Part shown: positions 1-11,840 of the stretch, one piece after another | Layout of the letters: each line of letters opens with the position of its first letter | Position numbering within the stretch: the stretch's first letter is position 1 | Source: Octopus sinensis | Lineage: Eukaryota | Direction of reading: 5' to 3' | DNA length: 64,000 bases | Assembly: GCF_006345805.1 (NCBI RefSeq) | Contig: NC_043000.1 | Location: forward strand, 25,854,001-25,918,000 | Notes under the pieces: generated by a model | Databases searched by the model: none | Seen by the model: only the letters and a program-made list of their open reading frames with translations | Told to the model about the DNA's origin: nothing | Position numbers and translations under genes: made by a program

Positions 1-572
1 GCTGTGAAGAATTTTACCAAGTCTGCTAACAATCCTACCAGTTCACCACTTGGATTTTAGACCAATATTGGTATGAAGCTCATAGAGAGGCATGTAATGG
101 CAGAATTATGACCTGGTAGAGCCAAAACTTAACCACTTCTAACATTTTTGAATAAGGAAACTCACCTCATTGAAAAAAATATAAAGCAAAACCTAACCAC
201 TTGTAACATTCTATTCCTTCTAAACCAAATCATGTTAAATTAATCAAACCTAGTCATTCCCAACATTTTTTATTATCTCTTTTATACCGGAAAACATCCC
301 TGATTACCTTCTCCTGCCTGGAACTCCATTTTTCACAACATAGCGAAGACATGACACAATATAGGAAAAAAATTTGAGAAATTTGAAAAGAAAATACGAA
401 ACCGATTATTTCTCCAAAAACTATGCTACTATATGCAAAATTTTATAACATTTTTCTAACATAACGATTTAAATATATTCTTTAACCATATAACACAAGC
501 CTTCTGTAGTTTTTCACTCTTTTTTGTCTTTTATACATCCAACCACATGATTTCACATACCAACTCTCTCAA

Positions 573-575
<3 letters not shown>

Positions 576-617
<42 letters not shown>
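576..617. repeat. (TA)n microsatellite
   Basis: Pure TA run. Confidence 0.95.
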
Positions 618-619
<2 letters not shown>

Positions 620-1311
620 CTAATCTAAGGGGCATAACTCTAATAGGCTTAAAAGATGACTTTTTCTTTTTCTTTTCTATTTGTTTTATTATCTATAAGT
701 TTCATTCTGTTCTTTTTTATATCTCTGAGACCCAAAAACTAGACATGGTTGTTTCAAGCCTCCAATAATAAAAGAGCTCAATCTATACTCTTCCACTGAA
801 TTATGTCCGATGATTGTTTATTTACCTTTCCACACTTTAAAAGTAGTTACATCAATGGTAATAGTCATGGCGGTGGTTGTGGTGGTGGTCATGGTCGTGG
901 ATGCCATTGTGGTCATGGTAATGAAGGTAATGATTAATGAGCATAGTTTAGGTGATTGCAATGTTGATGGTGAGACACAACCATCCATCACTGGCTCTTC
1001 CCTTTCCTAGCAGTTAAGTAGCAGTCATCAGTGTCTCTCTCCCATTACTCCCTACCATGACAGTCTCTCTTTTCTTATTCTTTCCAGTATTGGCTTTCCC
1101 ATTACTCCTTCCTCTACAATACTCACAACCCACTCTCCTCTTGTCTCAGTCTCTGTCTCCATTTCATCTGCCATTGCCCTCCCTGCTCTTCACTCTTCTG
1201 ATCATGTGGCTTCGAATAAAATGAAGCTGCATAGAATACTGAGGACTCATTGATCCTGAGATGTGCCAGACAACCTCAATAATGCTGGTGCCACAATAAA
1301 ATGCAAACAGT

Positions 1312-1400
1312 ATCACTATCATTATCATTTACTGTCCGTTTTCCGTGCTGGCATGGGTTGGATATTTTGACAGGAGCTGGCCAGCCAGGGACCTGTCCAC
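1312..1400 (-). mobile_element. RTE-type LINE 3' tail fragment
   Basis: Reverse complement of the ...GTCAAA..TCCAACCCATGCCAGCACGGAAAACGGAC.. tail seen in many copies in the window (e.g. 41900-41960). Confidence 0.65.
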
Positions 1401-1429
1401 ACTCCTATTTGTTGTGGCATAGTTTCTTA

Positions 1430-1660
1430 TTTCTTTACTGCCTACAAGGAGCTACACACAGAGGGAGCAAACAAGGACAGACACATGGATTAAGTCAATT
1501 ATATCGACCTCAGTGCATAACTGGTACTTAATTTACCAACCCCGAAAGGATGAAAGGCAAAGTTAACCTTGGCAGAATTTGAACTCAGAATGTAGTGGCA
1601 GATGAAATACCACCAAGTATTTCGCCCGACTTGCTAATGTTTCTGCCAGCTCGCCACCTC
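1430..1660 (-). mobile_element. tRNA-derived SINE, family B (AGGCGGCGAGCTGGCAGAAACGTTAGC head)
   Basis: Collinear with the intact copy at 20691-20920; B-box-like GAGTTCAAATTC on minus strand. Confidence 0.85.
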
Positions 1661-1684
1661 AGTAACTATTCTAACATTCTTTTC

Positions 1685-1885
1685 TACTCTAGGCACGAGG
1701 CCCGAAATTTTTGGGGAGGGGGCCAGTCGATTAAATTGACCCCAGTATGCAACTGGTACTTAATTTATCGACCCAGAAAGGATGAAAGGCAAAGTCGACC
1801 TCAGAGGAATTTAAACTCAGAACATAGTGGCAGACGAAATACCACCAAGTATTTCGCCCGACTTGCTAATGTTTCTGCCAGCTCA
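1685..1885 (-). mobile_element. SINE family B, variant with a different 3' half
   Basis: Same head and core as 1430-1660, but tail is ...CCCCAAAAATTTCGGGCCTCGTGCCTAGAGTAGA. Confidence 0.8.
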
Positions 1886-1889
1886 CTTG

Positions 1890-2110
1890 CTGTTCTAGTA
1901 CAGTTTCTATGGTTGGATGTTCTTCCTAATGCCAACTACTTGACAGACTGTGCTGGGTGCTTTTTACATGTGACTGGCACAGGTGCATTTGCACAATTCT
2001 AGCACAAGTGCATTTTATGTGGCACTGGCACCTGCAAAGGACAAGCCTGTATGTATGGATGACAGCGATTTTACTTAGCTTGACACATTTTTTCAAGTAT
2101 AGCAAATCAC
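1890..2110 (-). mobile_element. RTE-type LINE 3' UTR fragment
   Basis: GTTTCTATGGTTGGATGTTCTTCCTAATGCCAAC matches other RTE tail copies in the window. Confidence 0.6.
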
Positions 2111-2118
2111 CACCACTC

Positions 2119-2284
2119 CCAGTCCCTTGTCATTTCCTCAATAAGGCCCAGTGTCTGGAGATCCTTTCTCACCACTTTGTCCCATGTCTTCCTAGCTTGA
2201 CCCCTCCCACAGGTTCTCCCAGTCCCTTGTCATTTCCTCAATAAGGCCCAGCATCTGAAGATTCTTTCTCACCACTTTGTCCAC
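2119..2284. repeat. Local direct duplication of ~66 bp, period 100 bp
   Basis: CCAGTCCCTTGTCATTTCCTCAATAAGGCCCAG...CTCACCACTTTGTCCCA at ~2119 and ~2219. Confidence 0.85.
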
Positions 2285-2663
2285 AATTATAGCTCAGAAC
2301 ATCTTTATGCAGCTGCATAAAGAAGTGCCAAGCTGTAATTGTGGAGAGAACCTGTGGAAGGGGCAGCCTAGAAATACATGGGACAAAGTGGGCCTTACTG
2401 AGGAAATGATTGAGGAATGTAACTACCTACTTGTACTTGTGGCAGCATTCAGCCAGGGTGGGTTGAGCTAGCTCTGAACAACTTCACCCACGACCCTCAC
2501 AAATGCTAACCACATCTGATGGTTGGCCATAACATTCCAGCAGGCAAAGTAATACTTTTGCCTGTCGCCCCAAAATCTAGCTTGCAAATTTGATAAGTAC
2601 CCCACAGGGAGAGCAAGAGTGTCAGATAGTGGATCGCCATACCCGTAGATGCCATTCATTGAA

Positions 2664-2664
<1 letters not shown>

Positions 2665-2730
<66 letters not shown>
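2665..2730. repeat. (GAT)n microsatellite
   Basis: Pure GAT run. Confidence 0.95.
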
Positions 2731-2989
2731 GTGGTAGTGGTGGTGATGGTGATCCGCATCATCATATAAACCACTTCAAATATTATTTTAACAGGTCTAA
2801 AGTGATTTATTTTGTGCCATAAGCCATTTACAATTTCTGTGGTACCCCACTTGCCCTGACGTTTTAAGTTCATATTATTTTGCTTAATGGTTAATCCAGC
2901 ATTGGTTGTGAAGGAGGATCCAGTGCTAATCCACATTATCAGGTTGTCAGATAAATTCATTCATTTCTTTCCAATGTTATTTGAATCAA

Positions 2990-3672
2990 CAGGAAATTAC
3001 GAAATTTCTTTGCCATATCATCAACAGCGATGAAAAATGATGTCTTTATGCGAATAGGAAACAGAGGGGGAAAAAATGAATGATTGAGTCCCAACAAGCA
3101 AGCAGTATTTCATACAAAGCCAGAGCTGCATCCACACAAGAGAATGATCTGAATTGGAAGAAATTTGGAAGAGCTAATTTGCAAAGAAGTGCTTCAAAAC
3201 AACCAAACAGTTAATGCAGAGCTTTACATTCAGAAACTACATCGGCCCAATTAACGACTCCAGCTAAATCCTTCGCCACCCAGCCAGCAACACAATACTC
3301 GCCCCCACACATTGCCAATTTGACTAAAAGCGCTATTCAAGAGCTCATTTGCGAAGTTGTTCCATACCCAACGTATTCTCCTAATATAATACTTTCAGAT
3401 TATCCAACAATTCGTGAGGTGTTTTGTTCAACAGCAACATCAAGCAGAAAACATGACTCAATGAATTCGTTGAGTCATGCCCGCTTGTTTCTACCAACAA
3501 GGCATTGAAAAGTGAGTGGAACGTTGACGAGAAGTTGTAAACAATGAACGAGAATATATTACCGACTGATTTGTTAGGATTGTTGGTGAAACATATGGAT
3601 TAAAAATATGGATTGAAATAAATAAATATATAAATATAAATAAATAAACGAACGAATTTATCCAACAACCTA
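2990..3672 (+). pseudogene. mariner-family transposase relic with right TIR
   Basis: Fragmented translation gives IINSDEK (TGDEKW motif), KPELHP, QHNTRPH (HDNARPH), VPYPTYSPNIILSDY (LPHPPYSPDLAPSDY) and FYQQGIEK; ends in a mariner-like TIR CGAATTTATCCAACAACCT. Many stops and frameshifts. Confidence 0.85.
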
Positions 3673-3694
3673 GCGCGTGAATTTATCCAACAAC

Positions 3695-4049
3695 ACTAAA
3701 CCTAACCTAACCCTAAAAACCTAACCCTAACCCTAAAACCTTAAAGTTAAAACCAGTACAAACGCACGAACGGTGTCATAAATAACAGTGACAAACGAAA
3801 AATACACCGCCGATAGATGTTGACAAACAACAGCAGTAATTTTATTCAGCTGAATACATGTCATTGATTGGTTGAAATTACCGAAATAGGACAACTTCAA
3901 CACGAAATAACTTTGTAAACATAAACTTTTCTCAAAAATGCTAAGAGTAAAAGATGTTTTATATGACACATTCTACCAGTATACGAAGTTTGGAAGTGTT
4001 TAGTTACAAAAAATTATTTTTTAAATCTGTAGGTCAAAATGTAAAGATC
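3695..4049. mobile_element. Partial non-autonomous DNA transposon (Merlin-like family; one end, with TAACCC repeats)
   Basis: Ends ...GACACATTCTACCAGTATACGAAGTTT...AAAGATCC like the TIR of 17602-18311; (TAACCC)-like repeats at ~3700-3740. Confidence 0.7.
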
Positions 4050-4460
4050 CAAAATAGGTCTCACAGCAATTAGTTTTGCTTTGTTGTAATAAGATGGTGG
4101 TGCCTATTTTTAAGAGAATTTGAATACATGTCATTGATTGGTTGAAATTACCGAAATAGGACAACTTCAACACGAAATAACTTTGTAAATATAAACTTTT
4201 CTCAAAAATGCTAAGAGTAAAAGATGTTTTATATGACACATTCTACCAGCATACGAAGTTTGGAAGTGTTTGATTGATTGATTGATTCTAGTTTCAGCTC
4301 ATGAGCTGTGGCCATGCTGGGGCACCGCCATTTGGTTTAGTTACAAAAAATTATTTTTTAAATCTGTAGGTCAAAATGTAAAGATCCAAAATAGGTCTCA
4401 CAGCAATTAGTTTTGCTTCGTTGTAATAAGATGGTGGTGCCTATTTTTAAGAGAATTTGA
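3852..4460. repeat. 270-bp tandem duplication; second copy interrupted by a SINE-tail insertion
   Basis: 3852-4121 repeated at 4122-4460; extra ~63 bp GATTGATTG...GCACCGCCATTTGG at ~4272-4335 only in copy 2. Confidence 0.9.
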
Positions 4461-4544
4461 AGCAATGCTTTGGTATAGGTACATCATTCAAACTCACCCC
4501 ACCCCAACCTTCCCTCATGAAATAGATAAAGAGTCTAGTCTGAA

Positions 4545-4680
4545 ATAAATGGTGAATGACATCGTCTTCTCATACCGACAATCTGAACACCAATACCGAA
4601 TGATCACTTAAGTTGATGTAATGGAAAGCCGATAAGATCCCAAAACATTTAAGAATTCAATAGGGTGGTTGGCAACCTTG
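4545..4680 (+). repeat. Interspersed repeat, also present inverted at ~9560-9670
   Basis: CTCATAC(C/T)GACAATCTG..CCAATACCGAA.GATCACTTAAGTTG...GATAAGATCCCAAAACATTTAAGAAT shared by both sites. Confidence 0.7.
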
Positions 4681-5034
4681 CAAGGTCTGGAACTGAATTT
4701 ATAGGTTTATAAGTTTGTGTATTTGGCGAAATGTGACCCTGTCTCTTATTGTTTATACTATTAACAGTGGTATTTTCTGGTTCCCATTTGTTAGCTTTGT
4801 TGGTGGTCTTGAAAATATGGCAAGATTCTTACTCTTATTTTATCGACTGGTGAAACTAATGTATTAATAATGGCAAATGAATCTATCCAGATATCTTTAT
4901 AATTATTAAATATTCTTTCTGTGAAAGATTTTTGTCTGCTCTGAATTAGAAATGGTGGGAAAAGTTCGTTTCTTTCTGAATAGTTCCAGCTTTTAATACT
5001 GTGGTTGACACATAACTCTGTGTGTGTGGATGTG

Positions 5035-5038
5035 TGTG

Positions 5039-5097
<59 letters not shown>

Positions 5098-5280
5098 TAA
5101 CAGAGTGGAGAGAGAGGTATAGGAGAAGAAAAAGAGAGGAAGGAAGAGGGACGGATGAGAGAGAGAGAGAGAGAGAGAGAAATAAATAAACAGGAAATGA
5201 AGACAGAGATGCAGAGAGAAAGAGAGTCGAGAGAGGTATAGAAGAAAAAGAAGGGACACAGAGAGAGAAGGAGAGTTTTT
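5035..5280. repeat. (GT)n/(GA)n and purine-rich tract
   Basis: Dinucleotide runs. Confidence 0.9.
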
Positions 5281-5394
5281 CTCACGCCAGCTTCCTTCTT
5301 GACTTAAACACTAACTTCTCTGTCTTTCTTCTGACTTCATGCAGAGACGAATGGCCAAGCTCAATTTTATAAGATGAATACACAGATACACACA

Positions 5395-5700
5395 CCCACA
5401 AACACATGCACACATACACAAATACACACTCACGTACACTCACATACACATACACGCATACATACATACATACATACATACATACATACATACATACATA
5501 CATACATACATACACACATACATATATACACACGTACATACATATATACATACATGCATACATACATACATACATACATACATACATACATACATACATA
5601 CATGCACACATACATAATACATACATACATGCATACATACATACATACATACATACATACTACATACATACATACATACATACATACATACATACATACA

Positions 5701-5734
<34 letters not shown>

Positions 5735-5949
5735 CATACATACACACACATACATGCACACATACATAAAACATACATACATACGTACATGCACACAAAT
5801 ATAATACATACATACATACATACATACATAATACATTACATACATACATACATACATACTACATACATACATACATACACGCATACATACATACATATAT
5901 ACATACATACACACACATACATGCATACATACATGCACACATACATAAT

Positions 5950-5988
<39 letters not shown>

Positions 5989-6078
5989 CATACATACATA
6001 CATACATACATACATACATACATACATACATACATACATACATGCATACATACATACATACATACATACATACACACA
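5395..6078. repeat. Compound (CATA)n/(CA)n satellite
   Basis: About 680 bp of imperfect CATA repeats. Confidence 0.95.
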
Positions 6079-6189
6079 CTGTGGCGGTGGTAATAATTGA
6101 ATTAGATGAATAAAAATTGAATAGAACAAAATAATGGTGACAAAACCTACACTATCATTATTTTAAGAAGGGAAAGGAAATAGAGATCG

Positions 6190-6254
6190 GGGCGGCGGCG
6201 GCGGCTGTCGTTCATGATGATGATGATGATGATGATTATGATAATTATGGTGAC

Positions 6255-6285
<31 letters not shown>

Positions 6286-6450
6286 CAAATCATAAAACTT
6301 GTGTATTTTAAATAAAATCAATTCTCCAGCAAAACGACGAAGAGCACGAATGATGATGATGATGATGGGGGGGGGTGATGGTGATGCTGCTGCTGGTGGT
6401 GGTGCTGGTGGTAGTGGTGCTGGTGGTGCTGGTGATGATGGTGGTGGTGC

Positions 6451-6481
<31 letters not shown>

Positions 6482-6712
6482 GCTGGTGGTAGTGGTGATG
6501 GTGGTGGTGGTTGGTGATGGAGCTGGTGCGGGTGGATGGTGGTGATGGTGGTGGTTGGATGATGGGTGGTGGTGTGGTGGTGGTGGTGTGGATGGTGCTG
6601 GTGGTGCTGGTGCTGGTGGTAGTGGTGATGGTGGTGCTGGTGATGTGGTGATGGTGGTGATGGTAGTTGGTGGTGGTGGTGGTGGTGGTGGTGGTGGTGA
6701 TGATGATGATGA
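6190..6712. repeat. (GAT)n/(GGT)n low-complexity tract
   Basis: Trinucleotide runs; the Gly-rich ORF is a read-through. Confidence 0.9.
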
Positions 6713-6983
6713 TTAGAAATATTCTTCTAAATAATATTCATGAGTGGCTTGGAAATACGACTTCCTGTTAAAGCAACTAAAATTTCGAACTTGCCAATCA
6801 ATTATTGATTCCATTTGTTATATGAAGGTGTCAAACGTTTTTACTTTCTTTTTTTGTTGTTTTAGAGTTTTGTTTATTTGCTTATTTGTATTTTATTTGT
6901 TTCTTTCCCTCACACGAGTTCGATAATTGTGAAATAATTATGTTAGATTTGAGGGGAAATAACTCTCAAGTTATATGGCTGTC

Positions 6984-8154
6984 TATGTATGTATGTATGT
7001 ATGTATGTATGTAGTATGGGTATGTATGTATGTATGTATGTATGTTGTATGCATGTATGTATGTATATATGTATGTATCATGCATGTATGGTGTTGATGT
7101 GTGTATGTATGTTTGCATGTAGTATGTGATGGTTGTATGTATGTATGTGTGTATGTATGTATGTATGTATGTATGTGGTTATGTATGTATGTGGCTATGT
7201 GGTTATTTGTATGTATGTTTGCATATATTTATGTGTGTGTGTATGGTGCGTATGTATGTGTGTATGTATGCATGTATGTATGTATGTATTGTATGTATGT
7301 ACGTATGACATGTATGAAGGTATGTATTGTATGATATATATGTATGTATGCATGCATGTATGGTGTATGTGTATGTATGTTTGCATGTTACGTATGTATG
7401 TGTGTCTGTTTGTAGTGTTATGTGGTGTATGTATGTATGTATGTATGTATGCATGTATGTATGTATGCATGTATGTATGTATGTATGTATGTATGTATGT
7501 ATGTATGTATGTATGTACGTATGCATGATGCAGTATGTATGTATATATGTATGTATGCATGCATGTATGTGTGTATGTGTATGTATGTTTGCATGTACGT
7601 ATGTATGTGTGTATGTATGTATGTGTGTATGTATGTATGTATGTATGTATGCATGTATGTATGTATGTGTATGTGTGTATGTGTATGTATGTTTGCATAT
7701 ATGTATGTGTGTGTATGTACGTATGTATGTGTGTATGTATGCATGTATGTATGTATGTGTGTATGTATGTATGTATGTATGTATGTATGTATGTATGTAT
7801 GTATATGTATTGCATGTATGTATGTGTATGTGTTTATGTGTAGGATGTTGCATATATGTATGTATGTGTGTGTATGTACGTATGTATGTTTTGTAATGTA
7901 TGTATGTATGTATGTTGTATGTATGTAGGTGTATGTGTGTATGTGTATGTATGTTTGTATATATATATAATGTATGGTATGTGTATGTATTATGTATGTA
8001 TTATGTATGTAGTAGGTTGTATGTATGTGTATATATGTATGTGTATGGGTGTATGTATGTATATATGTATGTATGCATGTTGTATGTATGTATGTATGCA
8101 TGTATGTATGTATGTATGGGTAATGTTGTGTATGTGTATGTGTATGTATGTTTG

Positions 8155-8189
<35 letters not shown>

Positions 8190-8395
8190 TGTATGTGTAT
8201 GTGTATATGTGTATGTATGTTTGTATATATATATATATGTATGTATGTATGTGTGTGTATGTATGTATGTATGTATGTAAGTGTGTGTGTGTGTTTGTAT
8301 GTATGTATGTATGTATGTATGTATGTATGTATGTATGTATGTATGTATGTATGTATCTATGTATGTATATATGCAGATACATTGGTAGGTATATA
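6984..8395. repeat. Compound (TATG)n/(TA)n satellite
   Basis: About 1.4 kb of imperfect TATG repeats. Confidence 0.95.
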
Positions 8396-8489
8396 CATAC
8401 GCGTGTGTATCGAAATTGTTGCTATGGTAATGGAGCTAAAGTATGCGAAGGGAAACTGCTTGGCATAGATTGACCTTGAACTCTGTCAA

Positions 8490-9270
8490 ACTTGCCTACT
8501 AAGTGAGAAGGTTCTCGCTGACTCACGTTGTTTATAGCAGTACTTGGAACTAAAATCTGTTGAGTGTGGTCGTCTCAAAAAGAAGTTCAGGTTCCAGCTG
8601 CCCATGATATCCTTGATTGTGACAAGGAAGATGAAAACTTTTAGGAAACGGCCGTAATCTCTCTCTATATAAAGCTGAAGTTGTCTGTGTATGGCAGGTT
8701 TGGTAGTCTTCAACTATTACTATCTCCTCCGGGACCCTGTGGCGCAAGTTGACCAAAATTGAGAGTATGATAGAAGGCTTGCTCTTCCTTCCGTAGAAGA
8801 AAAAATTCAAATTGGACCATGCTAACACCAAAAATTATTTACATCAAAAAGGTGCTTTTTTTCTGTGAAAATCCCTATTTTTTTACGATTTTTTGACTGC
8901 TGTATTACCATTTTTCGGTGTGTTTCAACCAGGAAAATGTTCACTTAAAGAAAATAACAAGCTACATAATGCAAAATTTTTACTTTTCAAAAATTCCAAT
9001 TCTAAAGGGTTGAAACAAACCTGAGCAATGCCGGGCGATACTGCTAGTAAGTGATGAAAGGTGGATGGCTATGACCCGAAACCAAGCCAAAATCAAATCC
9101 CACTTGAAAGGAACAAGATTTCAAGACATCAAAGAAATCCAAGAGATTGCAACAAGGCAGCAGCTGCTCGCTATCAAAGACAAAGGAGTTCCAGGAATGC
9201 TTCCATCAATGGAAATGATGCTGGATAAAGTGTGTAGCTTCAGAAGAGTACTACTTCGAAAGAAATATGT
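8490..9270 (+). pseudogene. mariner transposase relic, internally deleted and split by a Helitron
   Basis: Removing 8658-9047 restores ...HDILDCDKEDENF*ETAV|ISDE.W..GYDPET (FL..IITGDETWVYGYDPETK motif), fused directly to KIKSHLKGTRFQDIKEIQ...FQECFHQWK*CWIKCV...YFE (mariner C-terminus). Confidence 0.75.
8658..9047 (+). mobile_element. Non-autonomous Helitron
   Basis: Inserted between A and T; 5' TCTCTCTCTATATAAAG; 3' imperfect hairpin CCTGAGCAATGCCGGG followed by CTAG; no TSD; excision restores the flanking mariner sequence. Confidence 0.75.
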
Positions 9271-9844
9271 GCTGTAGTCTTCTTTTTATAGCACAAGTCT
9301 GGATTCTTTTTATTTTGTATATGCATTTTTTTAAGTAATAATCGACAGAAGTTACAGAATAACTCAATATGTGATCCATTGGTTGAAACTAGTTTGATAA
9401 GCGCTAACACACGAAACTCTCGATCTTGGAGCAACTCTGTAATATTTGGCAATTATCAATAAAACGTGTGTGTGTGTGTGTGTGTTTTGTAAGTGCCGTG
9501 TACGAAACTCTTGGCCTTTGAGTCACATTGTAACTAAACATCAATGAAAAATAAATATGCCAACCACCCTATTCTTAAATGTTTTGGGATCTTATCAGCT
9601 TCTATTACAACTTAAGTGATCTTTCGGTATTGGTACACAGATTGTCAGTATGAGATGATGTCATTCACCCTCTTTTCCAAACTAGATGTGTGTGTGTGTG
9701 TGTGTGTGTGTAGACTTATAAACCTTTGTAATGAACATGTACACTATACGTGTGTGTTTGCATGTGTATGAGAACATGTAAATTGTACATAAATTTTAGA
9801 AAAAGTAAATGCATTCTATCTGGTACTTTTTAATAACTATGCCA

Positions 9845-10105
9845 ATTCGCCACATTATGGTAGTAGCCTGCAGTCTTCTCCCTCAACTACCATATGTGTT
9901 TGGCCAGTGTAGTGATGTTCTGCTTCTCGTTGTTACAGAAGGTTTGTAGAGTGGTTGTGTAGGTTTTTCTTAAATGGGTCTCTGTCAATCCGATATAGTG
10001 CGTTAGAGCGTTTATCGCTCTAAGCCTTATTTCTATCTCATACATGATGGTCTCTATGTTGCAGTAACCAGTGACCAGGCAAGTTCTTGTAACTCTACAA
10101 GAACA
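9845..10105 (-). pseudogene. Penelope-like element GIY-YIG endonuclease relic
   Basis: Single frame: CSCRVTRTCLVTGYCNIETIMYEIEIRLRAINALTHYIGLTETHLRKTYTTTLQTFCNNEKQNITTLAKHIW*LREK, matching the PLE pattern CNCR..CPL.G.C...Y...YIGLTE...T.LSKHIW.LK. Confidence 0.8.
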
Positions 10106-11007
10106 ACTGGTCTCAAAGCTGGAAGTGGGCTTGTGTAAAAGACCATTCTTCGTGTTGGATATTCAACTGAAGCAGACTTTAAGTGTCAATTAAAAAAAAT
10201 TTCTATACCTGTGTGTGAAAGGAAAATGTTTATCAGATAACTTAAGAAAGGCAACATAGGTAAGGGTTAAGGTTGATAGAAGTAAATGAGAGCAGAAGAA
10301 CTGAGAGTGTGGGTGGATAGAAACAGCAAGAGCAGAAGGGAGGGTGAGAGATGAGGAGTGACTGATATTATGAATGAAGAACAAGTGGATGATAAGTAGC
10401 GGAAGTAGATGGGCTGAGGGGTGAATTTAATGAATGGAGGACAAGAGGGTGGCCAATGATGCATAGTGGGGGGTGAAGATCAGAAAAGCAGAAATAATGA
10501 TGCAGTTGACAAGGGCAGAATGTGAAGAAGAAAGAAAGAGAGTGACAGAGGAAAAAAAGAGAGAGAGAGAGATGATGAGTGGTTGAACAGGTTGTGTGAG
10601 TATGGGGGAGGAGGCAGAGATAGATGTACTGCATGATGGTAGAGGAAATGAGATGAGTTGGCAGTACAAGGGGAGGGGTCAGAAATTATATCATCTGGTA
10701 CCTTTTTTTTTTTAGTTAAGAGAGTAGAGGGTGAGAAAGGTTTGGTTGCCATTTCTAACAATGTAACTAACCACCTTTTTATAGCTGGGTGTCGCAGACA
10801 AAACAGAAATAATTCCAGAATATAAAAAAATATTTTTTTAAGACTGGTACTTATTCCATAGATATCATTTGCCGAACCGCTAAGTTATGGGGGGACGCAA
10901 ACACACCAACACCAATTGCAAAGTGGTGGCGAGGGACACACACACAAACACATGGCAACAGCTCATGAGCTGAAACTAGATGAAATGATGAAATGAAAAT
11001 ACATACA

Positions 11008-11034
<27 letters not shown>

Positions 11035-11039
<5 letters not shown>

Positions 11040-11190
11040 GTTGAAATTTACAGAAAAGCAAAAGACGGGTATATACACAACAAGCAAGTGTATTAGTTTG
11101 ATGCTCGGGAAGGTGAGAAAGTCTTTTACGTTTCGAGTCCTATGCTCTTCAGCAGAAAGGAACACGAGGAAATAAACAAAGAGAATATAT
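11035..11190 (-). mobile_element. Microsatellite-embedded PLE-type terminal fragment with degenerate minimal hammerhead (11123-11159)
   Basis: Minus strand CTTT-CTGCTGA-A-GAG(CATAGGA)CTC-GAAAC-GTA-AAAG: stem I, variant core, stem II, ACGT palindromic stem III. Confidence 0.5.
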
Positions 11191-11279
11191 ATATATATTT
11201 GACTATTTATTAAATTTTATGTATTGATTAAGTCTTTCCTGTTTGTTTGGCAAATAGTGGTTTTGTCTCAATAATATTT

Positions 11280-11367
<88 letters not shown>

Positions 11368-11388
11368 GTATATGTATATGTATATGTA

Positions 11389-11476
<88 letters not shown>

Positions 11477-11517
11477 CACACACACATATATATATATACA
11501 TATATATTTTTTTTTTT

Positions 11518-11620
11518 CTGATGGTCGGATAACTAAAGAGATGACGGTGTGGATTTCCCCCTTGAATCCGAAACTCGGAGTTTCATCATGGCTACCGAAT
11601 AATTGTCACATTTCCTCTAT
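11518..11620 (+). mobile_element. (TA)n-embedded fragment with hammerhead-like relic
   Basis: CTGATGG-TC-GGAT...ATCC-GAAAC-TCGGA-GTT; 5' stem I missing. Confidence 0.4.
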
Positions 11621-11631
11621 ATACATACATA

Positions 11632-11706
<75 letters not shown>

Positions 11707-11732
11707 CACATACATACATACACACACACACA

Positions 11733-11840
<108 letters not shown>

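Noticed and set aside
5282-8473. Numerous MYVC/HTYI ORFs
   Set aside because: Read-throughs of CATA/TATG satellites.
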